Shown here: one piece after another, positions 1-9,924 of the stretch
Layout of the letters: each line of letters opens with the position of its first letter
How positions within the stretch are numbered: position 1 is the first letter of the stretch
Assembly (NCBI GenBank): GCA_022710185.1
Contig: JAKLHK010000001.1
Span: 632-64,631, forward strand
Reading direction: 5' to 3'
Source: Bacteroidota bacterium
GTDB taxonomy: Bacteria > Bacteroidota > Bacteroidia > Bacteroidales > JAGNHN01
Length of the DNA: 64,000 nt
Translations under genes and position numbers: made by a program
Notes under the pieces: model-generated
Databases searched by the model: none
What the model saw: the letters and a program-made list of their open reading frames with translations, nothing else
Told to the model about the DNA's origin: nothing

Positions 1-40
1 CTGGATCAACGAGAGCACCACAGTAAGGGCAGTCAAATAG
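1..40 (+). CDS. 3' end of a gene paralogous to the downstream TPR-like protein (partial, cut by the window edge)
   Basis: Frame 2 reads WINESTTVRAVK-stop. This nearly matches the C-terminus GCWINESTTVRSLK-stop of ORF 152..1468, and the DNA at 1-40 resembles 1429-1468. Confidence 0.5.
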   Translation, partial: WINESTTVRAVK

Positions 41-76
41 CCCCGGATTGCGACAGCATGTGATTAAGAAACAGTT

Positions 77-112
77 AAGCGCTGCTGTTCCCCGAAACGG
101 CAGCGCTTTTTT
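77..112 (+). terminator. Rho-independent terminator of the upstream paralog
   Basis: An 11-12 bp stem (AAGCGCTGCTGT / ACGGCAGCGCTT) with a CCCCGAA loop, followed by a T-run (107-112). Confidence 0.65.
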
Positions 113-114
113 CA

Positions 115-122
115 TACTTTTG
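115..122 (+). promoter_or_regulatory. Bacteroidota-type -7 box TACTTTTG
   Basis: Matches the TAnnTTTG consensus 30 nt upstream of the ATG at 152. Confidence 0.45.
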
Positions 123-151
123 CACCCTCGGAGCACCATAATCATCTCATC

Positions 152-1468
152 ATGAAAAGAATCGTTCTGTTACTGGCCCTTCCGGCCCTGATGTTTACGC
201 AATCGCTCATGGCCCAGCGTTACGGAAAGGACAGTGTTGCCTGCATCACCAACCTCTCCTTATACATCGAGGATTACAAGATATACAAGGAGGGTACCGG
301 AAGTGAAGAATCCATCCAGAATATGATCAGGGCGTGGAACTGGGTTTTTAAAAACTGTCCGGCCGCTACCGAGAACATCTATGTTGACGGGGCTGTGATC
401 CTTGAGCTCAAAATGGAAAGGACCAAGGATGAGGCGCTGAAGTCGCGTCTGGTGGATACCCTGATGATGATGTACGACCAGCGTGTCAAATATTTCGGCA
501 AGGAAGGTTTTGTGCTTGGGCGCAAGGGGGTCGACCTCTACACCAAGGCGCCGGAGCGCTACACCGATGCCTATCCGGCCCTCAAGCGGTCCGTGGAACT
601 TGAAGGCGATGGCTCCACCGCCGCGGTGCTGGTGTACTATTTCCGCGTTGCGGCTAAGATGGTACAGATGAAGAAGATCGAGAAGGCTGAACTGGTGGAT
701 GCCTATGACCGGGTGAGCACCATCATCGACCATAACCTGAAGAATTCTGCCAAGGCCAGTGCTTATGAAAACGCCCAGCGCAACGTTGAGCTGACCTTCG
801 AGCCTTATGCCAGCTGTCCGGACCTGATCGGGATATATGAGGAGAAGTACAAGGCCAGTCCCGAGGATGCGGAACTCATGCGCAAGATCATCAGCATATT
901 GGAGAAGAAATCCTGCACGGATGCCGAGCTGTATATGAACGCCACCATTCGGCTGAACGCCCTGGAGCCTAGTCCCGAATCCTCTTACCTTATCGGGAAG
1001 ATGTACATCCGCAAAGGCAACCAGCAGAAGGCCGCAGAATACCTGGCCAAGGGCACGACCATGGAGGATCCTGAGGAGAGGGCCGATTGCTACCTGCTGC
1101 TGGCCAACGCCCACTTTCAGTTGAAGAGCTACCGTCAGGCCCGTGAAGCTGCTCTGGAGGCATCCAAACTGCGGCCGGCTGACGGACGTCCCTGGATACT
1201 TATCGGGGATATGTATGCCTCCACTGCCGGAGAATGCGGTGACAACAAGGTGAGCGCACGTGCCGCCTACTGGGCTGCCGTGGATAAATATGTGAGGGCC
1301 CGTTCAGTGGATCCAGGCATGGAAAAGGAGGCCAATGAAAAGATCGCCACCTATTCGCGGTATTTCCCACCGGCCGAGGACATCTTTTTTTACGGCTTCG
1401 CTGACGGCCAGGCCTATACCGTAGGGTGCTGGATCAACGAAAGCACCACGGTGAGGTCACTCAAATAA
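152..1468 (+). CDS. Secreted TPR-like repeat protein, function unknown
   Basis: 438-aa ORF with a signal peptide (MKRIVLLLALPALMFTQSLMAQ) and TPR-like helical repeats in the C-terminal half (YLLLANAHFQLKSYRQAREAALEA). Confidence 0.7.
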   Translation: MKRIVLLLALPALMFTQSLMAQRYGKDSVACITNLSLYIEDYKIYKEGTGSEESIQNMIRAWNWVFKNCPAATENIYVDGAVILELKMERTKDEALKSRLVDTLMMMYDQRVKYFGKEGFVLGRKGVDLYTKAPERYTDAYPALKRSVELEGDGSTAAVLVYYFRVAAKMVQMKKIEKAELVDAYDRVSTIIDHNLKNSAKASAYENAQRNVELTFEPYASCPDLIGIYEEKYKASPEDAELMRKIISILEKKSCTDAELYMNATIRLNALEPSPESSYLIGKMYIRKGNQQKAAEYLAKGTTMEDPEERADCYLLLANAHFQLKSYRQAREAALEASKLRPADGRPWILIGDMYASTAGECGDNKVSARAAYWAAVDKYVRARSVDPGMEKEANEKIATYSRYFPPAEDIFFYGFADGQAYTVGCWINESTTVRSLK

Positions 1469-1515
1469 GCCCTGTGTCCGTTCCTGCAGCATTCCGCCTT
1501 CCTGTGCTGGGGCTG

Positions 1516-2052
1516 ATGGCGTTCACCGGCCTGGTCCTGCTTGCCTCCTCCTGCGTCAACGATATGGCCGAGGTGAACGCCCTTACCCGCTCCGACGACT
1601 CGCCTGCCGATTCGGCCACGGGCATAGAGGTGATTTACAGTGACTCGGGCCAGGTGCAGGCCCTGCTGACCAGCCCTGTGATGGTGAGGTTTGAGGATGA
1701 GGAACCCCGGACTGTCTTCCCCCAGGGGATCTTTGTGGTCTTTTATGACCGCAGGATGAACGTCCGCTCTGATCTGAGGGCCAATCACGCCGTATCCTAC
1801 GATCACACCTCGGTGGTGGAAGCCAGGGGGAATGTGGAAGTGAACAATTATACACGCCAGGAGAAAATCAACACCGAACACATGGTTTGGGACCAGCGAA
1901 ACCACCGTATTTCCTCCGATGTCTTTGTAAAGATCACCACACCGGACAAGGTATTGTTCGGGGACGAGGGCTTTGAGGCCGACGAGCGCATGGAACGCTG
2001 GACCATCCGCAAGCCCCGCGGCACCTTTGAATTAGAGGAAGGCATAGAATAG
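1516..2052 (+). CDS. lptC: LptC-family LPS export periplasmic lipoprotein
   Basis: Frame of track ORF 1426..2052, which I start at the internal ATG 1516 (MAFTGLVLLASSC lipobox). The size, beta-rich sequence pattern and position before a DUF21-CBS gene fit Bacteroidota LptC. Confidence 0.6.
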   Translation: MAFTGLVLLASSCVNDMAEVNALTRSDDSPADSATGIEVIYSDSGQVQALLTSPVMVRFEDEEPRTVFPQGIFVVFYDRRMNVRSDLRANHAVSYDHTSVVEARGNVEVNNYTRQEKINTEHMVWDQRNHRISSDVFVKITTPDKVLFGDEGFEADERMERWTIRKPRGTFELEEGIE

Positions 2053-2082
2053 CCTCCGCCAAACGTCATTACCCAAAGTACC

Positions 2083-3351
2083 ATGAGCATCGCGGCCCTC
2101 ATCGTCATAACCCTCCTGCTTTCTGCCTTCTTCACCGGGATAGAGACCGCTTATGTTAATGCCAACAAGCTGAAGATCGAGGTGGACCGAAACCAGGGCA
2201 TCCTGAGCGCCCGGATACTGTCGCGCCTGGTGCGCAGGCCCTCCCGCTTCCTGGGCATCATGCTGCTGGGAAACAACATTGCCCTGGTGGCCTATGGCAT
2301 CCTGATGGCCCAATGGCTGGAAGCCCCGCTGAAGGGTATGCTGCCCGCGGGCTTGTCCTCGGGAGTGATGGTAATGGTGGCCCAGATCATTCTGGCTACC
2401 CTGCTGGTATTGCTGGTTGCCGAGTTCCTGCCCCGCATACTGTTCAGGATACGACCCAATGACCTGCTGGCGGCCCTGGCCATACCCACACTGCTGCTGT
2501 TCTGGCTGCTGTACCCGGTGATCCTCCTTTTTACCAGCATGGCGGAGTTTATTCTCCGCAGGGTGTTCCGCATGAAGCTGCAGAGCGGTGAATATCATTT
2601 CAGTGCCCTGGACCTGGATGCCTTCGTCAGGGAATTCGCTCCTGATGATGAGAAGGACCCGGAGAGGGCGCAGGAGATCCAGATGTTCCAGAACGCCATT
2701 GAGTTCCGCACCGTGAAGCTGAGGGAGTGCATGGTGCCGCGTACCGAGATCGTGGCGGTGGAAGAGGGGGAGCCGGTGAACTCGCTGAGGCTGAAGTTCA
2801 TCGAATCCGGATTTTCCCGCATCATGGTTTACCGGGGCAGCATCGACCAGATTATTGGCTATGTGCACACCTTCGACCTCTTCAGGGAGCCGGCACAGCT
2901 CAGCCGCATACTGAAGCCTGTGCCCATTTTCCCGGAGACCATGCCGGCCAACAAGGCCCTGACCGAACTGCTGCGGAGCCGGAGGAGCCTGGGCGTGGTG
3001 GTGGACGAATTCGGAGGGACCTCGGGCATGGTGACCATGGAAGACCTGATGGAAGAGATCTTCGGAGAGATTGCCGACGAGTTCGATGTGGAGGAGCTCA
3101 CCGAAAAACGGGTGGCGGAGGATGAGTTCCTTTTCAGCGGCCGGCTGGAGATCGACTACCTTAACCAGGAGTATGACCTTGGGCTTCCGGAATCGGAACA
3201 ATACGAAACCCTGGCCGGATTCATACTGGTCCACAGCCAGAGCATCCCCCGCAGCGGGGAGTCCATCGCGATCGGCGATTTCCTGTTCACCGTGGTCCAT
3301 GCTTCCAACAACCGCATCGACCTGGTCAGGCTGAAAGTCATGCAGGAGTGA
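2083..3351 (+). CDS. DUF21-CBS-CorC/HlyC family transporter-like protein (hemolysin / GldE-like)
   Basis: 422 aa with N-terminal TM helices, a CBS pair region (ECMVPRTEIVAV, GVVVDEFGGTSGMVTMEDLMEEI) and a C-terminal CorC_HlyC-like domain. Confidence 0.85.
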   Translation: MSIAALIVITLLLSAFFTGIETAYVNANKLKIEVDRNQGILSARILSRLVRRPSRFLGIMLLGNNIALVAYGILMAQWLEAPLKGMLPAGLSSGVMVMVAQIILATLLVLLVAEFLPRILFRIRPNDLLAALAIPTLLLFWLLYPVILLFTSMAEFILRRVFRMKLQSGEYHFSALDLDAFVREFAPDDEKDPERAQEIQMFQNAIEFRTVKLRECMVPRTEIVAVEEGEPVNSLRLKFIESGFSRIMVYRGSIDQIIGYVHTFDLFREPAQLSRILKPVPIFPETMPANKALTELLRSRRSLGVVVDEFGGTSGMVTMEDLMEEIFGEIADEFDVEELTEKRVAEDEFLFSGRLEIDYLNQEYDLGLPESEQYETLAGFILVHSQSIPRSGESIAIGDFLFTVVHASNNRIDLVRLKVMQE

Positions 3352-3423
3352 GTCCTCTGCCCCGGGCCTCGTATCCTTCCTAAGTCATTCATAAAAAGAT
3401 TTTTCAGGCTTAAGTTTCTTCCC

Positions 3424-3431
3424 TACCTTTG
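3424..3431 (+). promoter_or_regulatory. -7 box TACCTTTG
   Basis: TAnnTTTG match 27 nt upstream of the ATG at 3458. Confidence 0.45.
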
Positions 3432-3457
3432 CAAGCCTGAAAAAAAACCATAAGACC

Positions 3458-5572
3458 ATGGCGGTTATTGGACAGATACGCAAACGTTCCGGAATCCTCA
3501 TCATCATCGTTGGTATTGCCCTCGCATCTTTTGTGCTGGGCGACTTTCTGAGCCCCCGGCAGGGAAGGCGTTCGAACAATATCGGGATGGTGAACGGTGA
3601 AGCCCTCACCTATATGGACTTTTCCACCCGTTCAGAAGAACAGATGGAGCTGGTGCGTCAGAACCAGAACAAGGACAAACTGAGCCCGGACGAAATGTTC
3701 CAGATCCGTCAGCAGACCTGGAACGAGATGCTCAGCGAGGTCATCCTGGGCGAAGAGTACAAGAAACTGGGGCTTTCCGTTACCCCGGAAGAGCTGTTTG
3801 ATCAGGTACAGGGTCCTGAGCCTCATGCCTATATCCTTCAGTATTTCCGTGACCCCCAGACCAATATGTACAATCCTGAACTCGTCAGGAATTACCTGCG
3901 CAACCTGGACCAGATGGAGCCTGAGGCCAAGAACCAGTGGCTGCTCCTGGAAAAGGCCATCAAACAGGATCGCATCACGGCCAAATACCGCAACCTGTTG
4001 GGTAAGGCCTACTACATGCCTTCGGCCTTCGCCAAAATGGACTATGAGCTCCGCAATACCGGTCTGAGCGCCCGGGTAATCGGACTGCGTTACGATATTA
4101 TCCCCAACGACCAGGTGAGCCTCACGGATGCAGATTACCAGGCCTATTATGAGGAGAACAAGTTCCGCTACGAGCAGGAGGAAAGCCGCGACATCGATTA
4201 TGTGGTGTTCAATGTGGCTCCTTCACCCGAAGACATCGCCCAGGCCGAGAAGGACATCGCCGAGATCAATGCCGAGTTCGGAGCCGCTTCCGATGTGGCA
4301 GACTATGTCAACGCAAACTCCGACGAACGTTACGATTCAACCTACAAGACCCGGGGCAGCCTTTCCCCCACGCTCGACAGCGTGATGTTCAGCGCCCCCG
4401 TGGGTGCAGTGGTTGGTCCCTTTTTCGAAAATCAGCAGTATCAGATCGCCAGGCTGATTGACCGTCAGGCCCGCCCCGACTCCATGAAAGCCAGCCACCT
4501 TCTCATCGCCTACCAGGGCGCCTTCAACGCCCAGGAAGGCGTAAGCCGGACCAAGGACCAGGCCAAGGCCCTGGCTGACAGCCTCAGCGGCATCCTCCGG
4601 CCGAACGTGGCCATGTTCGAAGCTGCAGCGCGTCAGTATTCCAACGACCCCAGCGTGAAAGACAACGGCGGCAACCTTGACTGGTTTGCCGACCAGAGCA
4701 TGGTGGGCCCCTTCAATGATGCTGTGCTGAAAGGCAAGGTGGGGGACGTTACCGTGGCCGAAACACCCTTCGGATATCATGTGATCCACATCACCGGAAA
4801 GAAGGAGCCCGTGCAGAAAGTCAGGGTAGCCATCGTCAAACGCTCACTTGAGGCCAGTTCGAATACCTTCCAGGACATCTACACCAAGGCCAGCCAGTTC
4901 GCCGGAGAAAACAACACCGCCGAAGCTTTCGAGGCCGCAGTGACTGCCCAGGGGCTTAACAAGCTCAGCGCCACCGACATCAAGAAGATGGACAGCCGTA
5001 TCCCCGGACTCACCTCCCCGCGCGCCGTGATCCAGTGGGCCTTCATGGAAGAAACCGAAAAAGGCAGCGTTTCCACCGTTTTCGACGTGGAAGGCAGCTT
5101 TGTGGTGGCCCTGCTCAAAGAGGTGAGGGAAGAAGGCATCGCCCCGCTGGAACAGATCAAAACGCGTATCGAACCCCTGGTAATCCGTGAGAAGAAAGCC
5201 AAAATGCTGATCGACCGCTTCACCTCGGCCAAGGGCGACCTCAACCAGATGGCCGCCACCCTGGGCGCCAAAGTGGACACGCTGACCAACGTCTCCTTCG
5301 CCAGCGCCAACCTTCCGGCCTTCGGGCCCGAGCCCGAAGTGGTAGGGGGAATGTTCAGCGCCTCTGCCGGAGCAGTGAGCAGCCCGGTCCAGGGCAATAT
5401 GGCGGTGTATGTCTATCAGGTAGACGCCGTCACGCCTCCCCCGGCCAAGGAAGACCTGAGCCAGGAAAGCCTGATGCTGCGCCGGGTGTTCGAGAACAAG
5501 GTAGCCCAGCTCTATTTCGAGGTGATCCAGGATCTGAGTGACATAGAGGACAACCGTTATATGTATTTCTAA
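3458..5572 (+). CDS. ppiD: PpiD-type membrane-anchored periplasmic peptidyl-prolyl isomerase/chaperone
   Basis: 704 aa with an N-terminal anchor (GILIIIVGIALASFVLGDF), a SurA-N-like region and a parvulin rotamase block (SHLLIAY...FGYHVIHITGK). Confidence 0.8.
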   Translation: MAVIGQIRKRSGILIIIVGIALASFVLGDFLSPRQGRRSNNIGMVNGEALTYMDFSTRSEEQMELVRQNQNKDKLSPDEMFQIRQQTWNEMLSEVILGEEYKKLGLSVTPEELFDQVQGPEPHAYILQYFRDPQTNMYNPELVRNYLRNLDQMEPEAKNQWLLLEKAIKQDRITAKYRNLLGKAYYMPSAFAKMDYELRNTGLSARVIGLRYDIIPNDQVSLTDADYQAYYEENKFRYEQEESRDIDYVVFNVAPSPEDIAQAEKDIAEINAEFGAASDVADYVNANSDERYDSTYKTRGSLSPTLDSVMFSAPVGAVVGPFFENQQYQIARLIDRQARPDSMKASHLLIAYQGAFNAQEGVSRTKDQAKALADSLSGILRPNVAMFEAAARQYSNDPSVKDNGGNLDWFADQSMVGPFNDAVLKGKVGDVTVAETPFGYHVIHITGKKEPVQKVRVAIVKRSLEASSNTFQDIYTKASQFAGENNTAEAFEAAVTAQGLNKLSATDIKKMDSRIPGLTSPRAVIQWAFMEETEKGSVSTVFDVEGSFVVALLKEVREEGIAPLEQIKTRIEPLVIREKKAKMLIDRFTSAKGDLNQMAATLGAKVDTLTNVSFASANLPAFGPEPEVVGGMFSASAGAVSSPVQGNMAVYVYQVDAVTPPPAKEDLSQESLMLRRVFENKVAQLYFEVIQDLSDIEDNRYMYF

Positions 5573-5593
5573 GTCATTCTTCCACAAAAATAT

Positions 5594-5625
5594 AAGGGCC
5601 ATTCCCGAGGGAGTTGGCCCTTTTT
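5594..5625 (+). terminator. Rho-independent terminator after ppiD
   Basis: Stem AAGGGCCA / TGGCCCTT followed by TTTTT. Confidence 0.6.
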
Positions 5626-5686
5626 GCTGAACAGCGGTCACCAGACCCCCCGATGACCTTAAAACCCCGGACACTCTAATTGGCCT

Positions 5687-5694
5687 TATCTTTG
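5687..5694 (+). promoter_or_regulatory. -7 box TATCTTTG
   Basis: TAnnTTTG match 27 nt upstream of the ATG at 5721. Confidence 0.45.
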
Positions 5695-5720
5695 TTATTC
5701 CCCGGAAAAGCCGATAACCT

Positions 5721-6254
5721 ATGAAGACCCTTTCCTTCATCCTCGCCCTGATGCTAACCACCTCCGCCCTGGCCCAGGAGGAGGGGCCCGTGGTACCGGT
5801 GAATGCCGAAGGCATGATCATGTACCGTGCCGTGGTAGAACAGCCTGGGCCCGCCGACTCGCTCTACCTCAGGTCGATTGGCTGGCTCAATTCAGAGTTC
5901 AGCAATCCCTGGGACGTTTCCCGGGAGAGGCGGAGGGAAGACGGCATACTGTCGGGTACGGCGCGGATGACCCTGATGGGGACCAATACCGACGGTTCCT
6001 CCAAACAACTGGGGCTGGTGGAGTACACCTTCACCATTGAAAGCAAGGATGGGCGTTACCGTTATACCTTCACTGATTTCCTGCTGAAACAAACCTCCCG
6101 CTTCCCTCTGGAACGCTGGCTCGACACCAAGGACCCCCTCTACACCGAGGCCGCAAAAGGCCAGCTGAGGCAGGTGAACGAACATATCCTCGCCAGGATC
6201 GAAAGCCTGAAGAAGGGGATGCAGCCCAAGCCGAAAGTGTTGGATGAATGGTAG
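5721..6254 (+). CDS. Secreted DUF4468-like protein
   Basis: 177 aa with a signal peptide (MKTLSFILALMLTTSALAQ). The layout resembles DUF4468 (MIMYRAVVEQPG...YTFTIESKDGRYRYTFTDF). Family assignment is by eye only. Confidence 0.5.
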   Translation: MKTLSFILALMLTTSALAQEEGPVVPVNAEGMIMYRAVVEQPGPADSLYLRSIGWLNSEFSNPWDVSRERRREDGILSGTARMTLMGTNTDGSSKQLGLVEYTFTIESKDGRYRYTFTDFLLKQTSRFPLERWLDTKDPLYTEAAKGQLRQVNEHILARIESLKKGMQPKPKVLDEW

Positions 6255-6268
6255 TCAGGGCTGAGACC

Positions 6269-7465
6269 TCAGCCAAGCCGGCGGATCCTGGTCCCGGCGC
6301 CTATCCTGCCGTCTACTATCCCGTCAAGGCATAGCAGCCCCGGTCGCTTACCCGGCTGCAACGAACCTAGTTCCTGTTCCATTCCCAATGCCCGGGCTCC
6401 GTGGAGCGTAGCCCATGGGATGAGGGTATCCAGGGTGAGCCACGGGAAGTGGGCCTGCAGTACCTTCATTTCCTGCACCATGGAAAGGTCATCATTGGAG
6501 GCCAGGCTGTCGGTGCCCAGGGCGATTTCGGCCCCTTTCTGCATCAGCAGTTCCACGTCAGGCAGCCGGCCTTCGATGTAAAGATTGGCCCTGGGACACA
6601 GTACCCAGCTCAAGGGTGTCGCACTTCCCCGGGCAGCCTCCATATCCTCTGCCGTGGCGTAGGTATTATGTACAAGCAACAGGCGACGGGCCACCGGCAT
6701 ACGCGAGAGAATGAATTCCAGGGGCCTGCGACCCGCAGGGAAGGCCGGTGGCAAGGGGATCCCCATATCCTCCAGGCGCAGCGCCACCGGTCCGGAGCCA
6801 TGGAGGTAGTATTCCGTTTCTGCCGGGTTCTCCTGATGGTGCATACTGAGTATGGCCTGCTCGGCCCCGGCCTGGGCCAGGATACGGTCGAGCAGGGGAA
6901 CGGAGACGGAGTAAGGGGCATGGGGCACCAGGGAACTGTCTCCCATATCGCGGAAGGCCGCCCTGAGCTCCATTCCCCTCCGGAAATGATCTTCGGCTTC
7001 GCCTTCGTGTGAACCGAACAGCTCGATGAACGTATGCCAGCGGATTTCTTTTTCTCTCTTCAGTTCAAGACCGGAGAGGCCGTTGGCGATATCTCCAGCG
7101 GCTACCGTACCCGAGACAAGCATTTCATTCAACGCGGATTGCATGGCTGCTTGACGGATAGCCTCAACGGGAATCTCGCGGCGCAGGGCGGCCACCGACC
7201 GGATGAAATGGTCGAGCCCCAGGCCCTTTTCTATGCGGCCATGCATCCAGGACAGCTCCAGATGGGTATGTGCATTGATGAAGCCCGGGCAAAGAACAGT
7301 CCCCTCCCCCAGGTAATCCGGATCCCAGGACTCACCCGCAGCCGTAGCTGCACTCAGGATGGTGCCCTGCCCATCCACCATCACCTTCCCGGGAGCGAAC
7401 ACCCTGCCATCGCCGGTATGCACCCTGCCTGCGCTGTATGTCCTCATCATGGCGTGAAGATACAC
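6269..7465 (-). CDS. Metal-dependent amidohydrolase (chlorohydrolase / aminohydrolase superfamily)
   Basis: 398 aa with the HxH metal motif GFINAHTHLELS and amidohydrolase-fold conservation. The substrate is not assignable, and the start may be a few codons downstream. Confidence 0.75.
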   Translation of the reverse strand: MYLHAMMRTYSAGRVHTGDGRVFAPGKVMVDGQGTILSAATAAGESWDPDYLGEGTVLCPGFINAHTHLELSWMHGRIEKGLGLDHFIRSVAALRREIPVEAIRQAAMQSALNEMLVSGTVAAGDIANGLSGLELKREKEIRWHTFIELFGSHEGEAEDHFRRGMELRAAFRDMGDSSLVPHAPYSVSVPLLDRILAQAGAEQAILSMHHQENPAETEYYLHGSGPVALRLEDMGIPLPPAFPAGRRPLEFILSRMPVARRLLLVHNTYATAEDMEAARGSATPLSWVLCPRANLYIEGRLPDVELLMQKGAEIALGTDSLASNDDLSMVQEMKVLQAHFPWLTLDTLIPWATLHGARALGMEQELGSLQPGKRPGLLCLDGIVDGRIGAGTRIRRLG

Positions 7466-7586
7466 AAGCCTGGCGCATTCCGGCCAGGAAGGGATGCAAG
7501 GGAGGGATTGTGCTGGGTAGGAAACATTTATTACCGAGGGCTGTTTATTGCCCCGGGAGTACCGGACAACATACAGGGCTTAACAC

Positions 7587-7594
7587 TATATTTG
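7587..7594 (+). promoter_or_regulatory. -7 box TATATTTG (mevalonate operon)
   Basis: TAnnTTTG match 32 nt upstream of the ATG at 7626. Confidence 0.45.
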
Positions 7595-7625
7595 CCGCGT
7601 TGGCGCAGGAAAGAGAGACCAGACC

Positions 7626-8960
7626 ATGAGCATAACCATAACCGATAGCCGGCTCATTGCGGGATTTTCCCGCCTCGGCAAGCAGGAGAAACTGGAGATT
7701 ATTGCAGGCCTGCTGAATGATCCCGCAAAGAAGGAAGCCCTACTCCGCTCATTCTTCCATGAGGATGCCACCCTGCAGCGAAAGTTCGATGAGTTCAGTG
7801 AGAACACGATTTCCAACTTCTATTTCCCTTATGGCATAGCTCCAAATTTCCTCATCAACGGGCAAGTGTATATGGTTCCTATGGTGATTGAGGAAAGCTC
7901 CGTTGTTGCCGCCGCTTCCAAGTCGGCCAAGTTCTGGAGCGAACATGGAGGTTTTCATGCCGAGATCGTGAACAACCTCAAGGTAGGGCAGGTGCACTTC
8001 ATCTGGAAGGGCAGCCGTGATGTGCTCTATGGAATTTTTCCGGAGCTCAGGTCCAGCCTGTTGCAGAGCACCCGCCACCTCACGGCCAATATGGAGCGCC
8101 GGGGCGGCGGCATACGCGATGTGGAGCTGGTGGATATGACGGCGGAAATGCCCCATTATTACCAGTTGAAGGCCACTTTCGATACCGTGGACTCCATGGG
8201 GGCCAATTTCATCAACAGCTGCCTGGAGGAATTCGCCCGCACCCTGCCTGAATTCCTGAGCGGGGAAGGGGAAAGGGAATCCCCCGACTGCCAGGTGATC
8301 ATGTCCATACTTTCCAACTATTCCCCCGACTGCAGGGTACGCTGCTGGGTGGAAGCCCCGCTGGAGGCCTTTGCCGGGATGGACGACCGTTTGGGTGCCA
8401 AGGGATTTGTTGAGAAGTTCATGCGGGCTGCCCGCATTGCTGAGATCGACATCCATCGTGCCGCCACGCACAACAAAGGGATATTCAACGGCATAGATGC
8501 AGTAGCCCTGGCTACCGGCAACGATTTCAGGGCCATTGAGGCCGGAGGGCATGCCTGGGCCTCCCGCGAAGGAAAATACCGCAGCCTGACCCATGCCGAA
8601 CTGAATGGGGACCAATTCAGGTACACCCTGGAGCTTCCCATGGCCCTGGGCACTGTTGGAGGACTTACGCGCCTCCACCCCCTGGCCGATCTTTCACTGG
8701 AGCTGCTGGGAGATCCCGGGGCCGAGGAACTTATGATGATCGCCGCCGCCGTGGGCCTGGCCAACAATTTCAGTGCGCTTAGGTCGCTGGTAACCAAAGG
8801 CATACAGCTTGGCCACATGAAGATGCACCTCCTCAACATCCTCAATCATTACGATGCAACCGACGAGGAAAAAGTGGCGGCTGTGGAGCATTTCAAGACC
8901 AACAAGGTATCATTCAGCGCGGTAAGTTCCTATCTTGCCTCGTATCGCGCATTGAAGTGA
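7626..8960 (+). CDS. mvaA: HMG-CoA reductase, class II
   Basis: 444 aa with typical class II blocks (ENTISNFYFPYGIAPNFLINGQ...MVIEESSVVAAASKSAKFW; DSMGANFIN; GHMKMH). Confidence 0.9.
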   Translation: MSITITDSRLIAGFSRLGKQEKLEIIAGLLNDPAKKEALLRSFFHEDATLQRKFDEFSENTISNFYFPYGIAPNFLINGQVYMVPMVIEESSVVAAASKSAKFWSEHGGFHAEIVNNLKVGQVHFIWKGSRDVLYGIFPELRSSLLQSTRHLTANMERRGGGIRDVELVDMTAEMPHYYQLKATFDTVDSMGANFINSCLEEFARTLPEFLSGEGERESPDCQVIMSILSNYSPDCRVRCWVEAPLEAFAGMDDRLGAKGFVEKFMRAARIAEIDIHRAATHNKGIFNGIDAVALATGNDFRAIEAGGHAWASREGKYRSLTHAELNGDQFRYTLELPMALGTVGGLTRLHPLADLSLELLGDPGAEELMMIAAAVGLANNFSALRSLVTKGIQLGHMKMHLLNILNHYDATDEEKVAAVEHFKTNKVSFSAVSSYLASYRALK

Positions 8961-8976
8961 TAATCTGTAACACCCT

Positions 8977-9924
8977 TTGGAAACCCCATCACATACCTTT
9001 TCGGCCAACGGGAAACTCCTCCTGACGGCCGAATACGCCGTGCTGTTCGGGGCCCTGGCGCTGGCGCTGCCCGCCCGCCGTGGTCAGCGGTTGACAGTGA
9101 CTTATGGTCAGAAGGACGGGCTATTGTCGTGGACGAGCCGTGAACTGGGAAAGGACTGGTTTAGTGCAAGCCTTCGCCTGCCCGGGCTGGAAGTGATCTC
9201 CTCAAGCAACGCCGCCCTGGCCCTAAGGCTGAGCAGCCTGCTGCAGACCGTCCGCCAGCTGTCACCCGACTTCCTTCACACTTCCCGAGGGGCAGCGGTG
9301 ATCACTGACCTGGATTTCCCCCGCGACTGGGGACTGGGAACCTCATCCACCCTCATCCACCTCGTTTCGCAATGGTCGGGGACAGATCCTTACGCCCTGC
9401 TGGACGCCACCTTCGGTGGCTCAGGCTACGATATTGCCTGTGCGGAACGCAACATGCCCATCCTCTACCAACGCGAACAGGGTCGGGTCAGGATACAAGC
9501 CACGCGCTTCAATCCTCCTTTTCTCGACTGCCTGTTCCTAGGCTTCAGTGGGGTTAAAAAGGACTCAGGACAGGAGGTGCGCCGTGTGCTGCAACACGGG
9601 GCCTTCCCCGGGAGTGTGATCTCCCGTTTGAGTGAAATCAGTACCCTGATAACGCAATGTACTGACCTGAAAGATTTTATATCACTGATGCAGGAGCATG
9701 AGCAGCTCCTGGGGATACAATTGGGTCAGGAGGTAGTGTGTATGCGCTTTCCGGACCATGATGGCCTGGTGAAATCGCTGGGTGCCTGGGGCGGGGATTT
9801 CCTGCTCTTCAGCTGGGAAGGACCCCAGGATGAGCTCCGCATGCGCCTGGGACGAGATAGGGTAGGACCGGTTTTCTCTCTGGATGAATTGTTGTATACC
9901 CATGAACCCACAAACGGCGTATAA
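8977..9924 (+). CDS. GYDIA-family GHMP kinase (candidate phosphomevalonate kinase)
   Basis: TTG start. It has a GHMP-kinase layout and the literal GGSGYDIACA motif that names the family. It sits between HMGR and MVD and overlaps MVD by 1 nt (TAATG). Confidence 0.75.
   Translation: METPSHTFSANGKLLLTAEYAVLFGALALALPARRGQRLTVTYGQKDGLLSWTSRELGKDWFSASLRLPGLEVISSSNAALALRLSSLLQTVRQLSPDFLHTSRGAAVITDLDFPRDWGLGTSSTLIHLVSQWSGTDPYALLDATFGGSGYDIACAERNMPILYQREQGRVRIQATRFNPPFLDCLFLGFSGVKKDSGQEVRRVLQHGAFPGSVISRLSEISTLITQCTDLKDFISLMQEHEQLLGIQLGQEVVCMRFPDHDGLVKSLGAWGGDFLLFSWEGPQDELRMRLGRDRVGPVFSLDELLYTHEPTNGV

Noticed and set aside
2032-3300. A 422-aa minus-strand ORF exactly antisense to the DUF21-CBS gene. 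Similar long antisense ORFs occur at 260-1114, 4844-5821, 7749-8678, 10915-11766, 12192-13367, 24283-25107, 32741-34207, 34252-35133, 44602-45267, 48376-49548 and 59410-60699.
   Set aside because: Each one shadows a gene with clear family motifs on the other strand. Their translations are low-complexity (rich in G/R/H/Q/P) with no recognisable domains. Long stop-free antisense frames are expected in GC-rich coding DNA.
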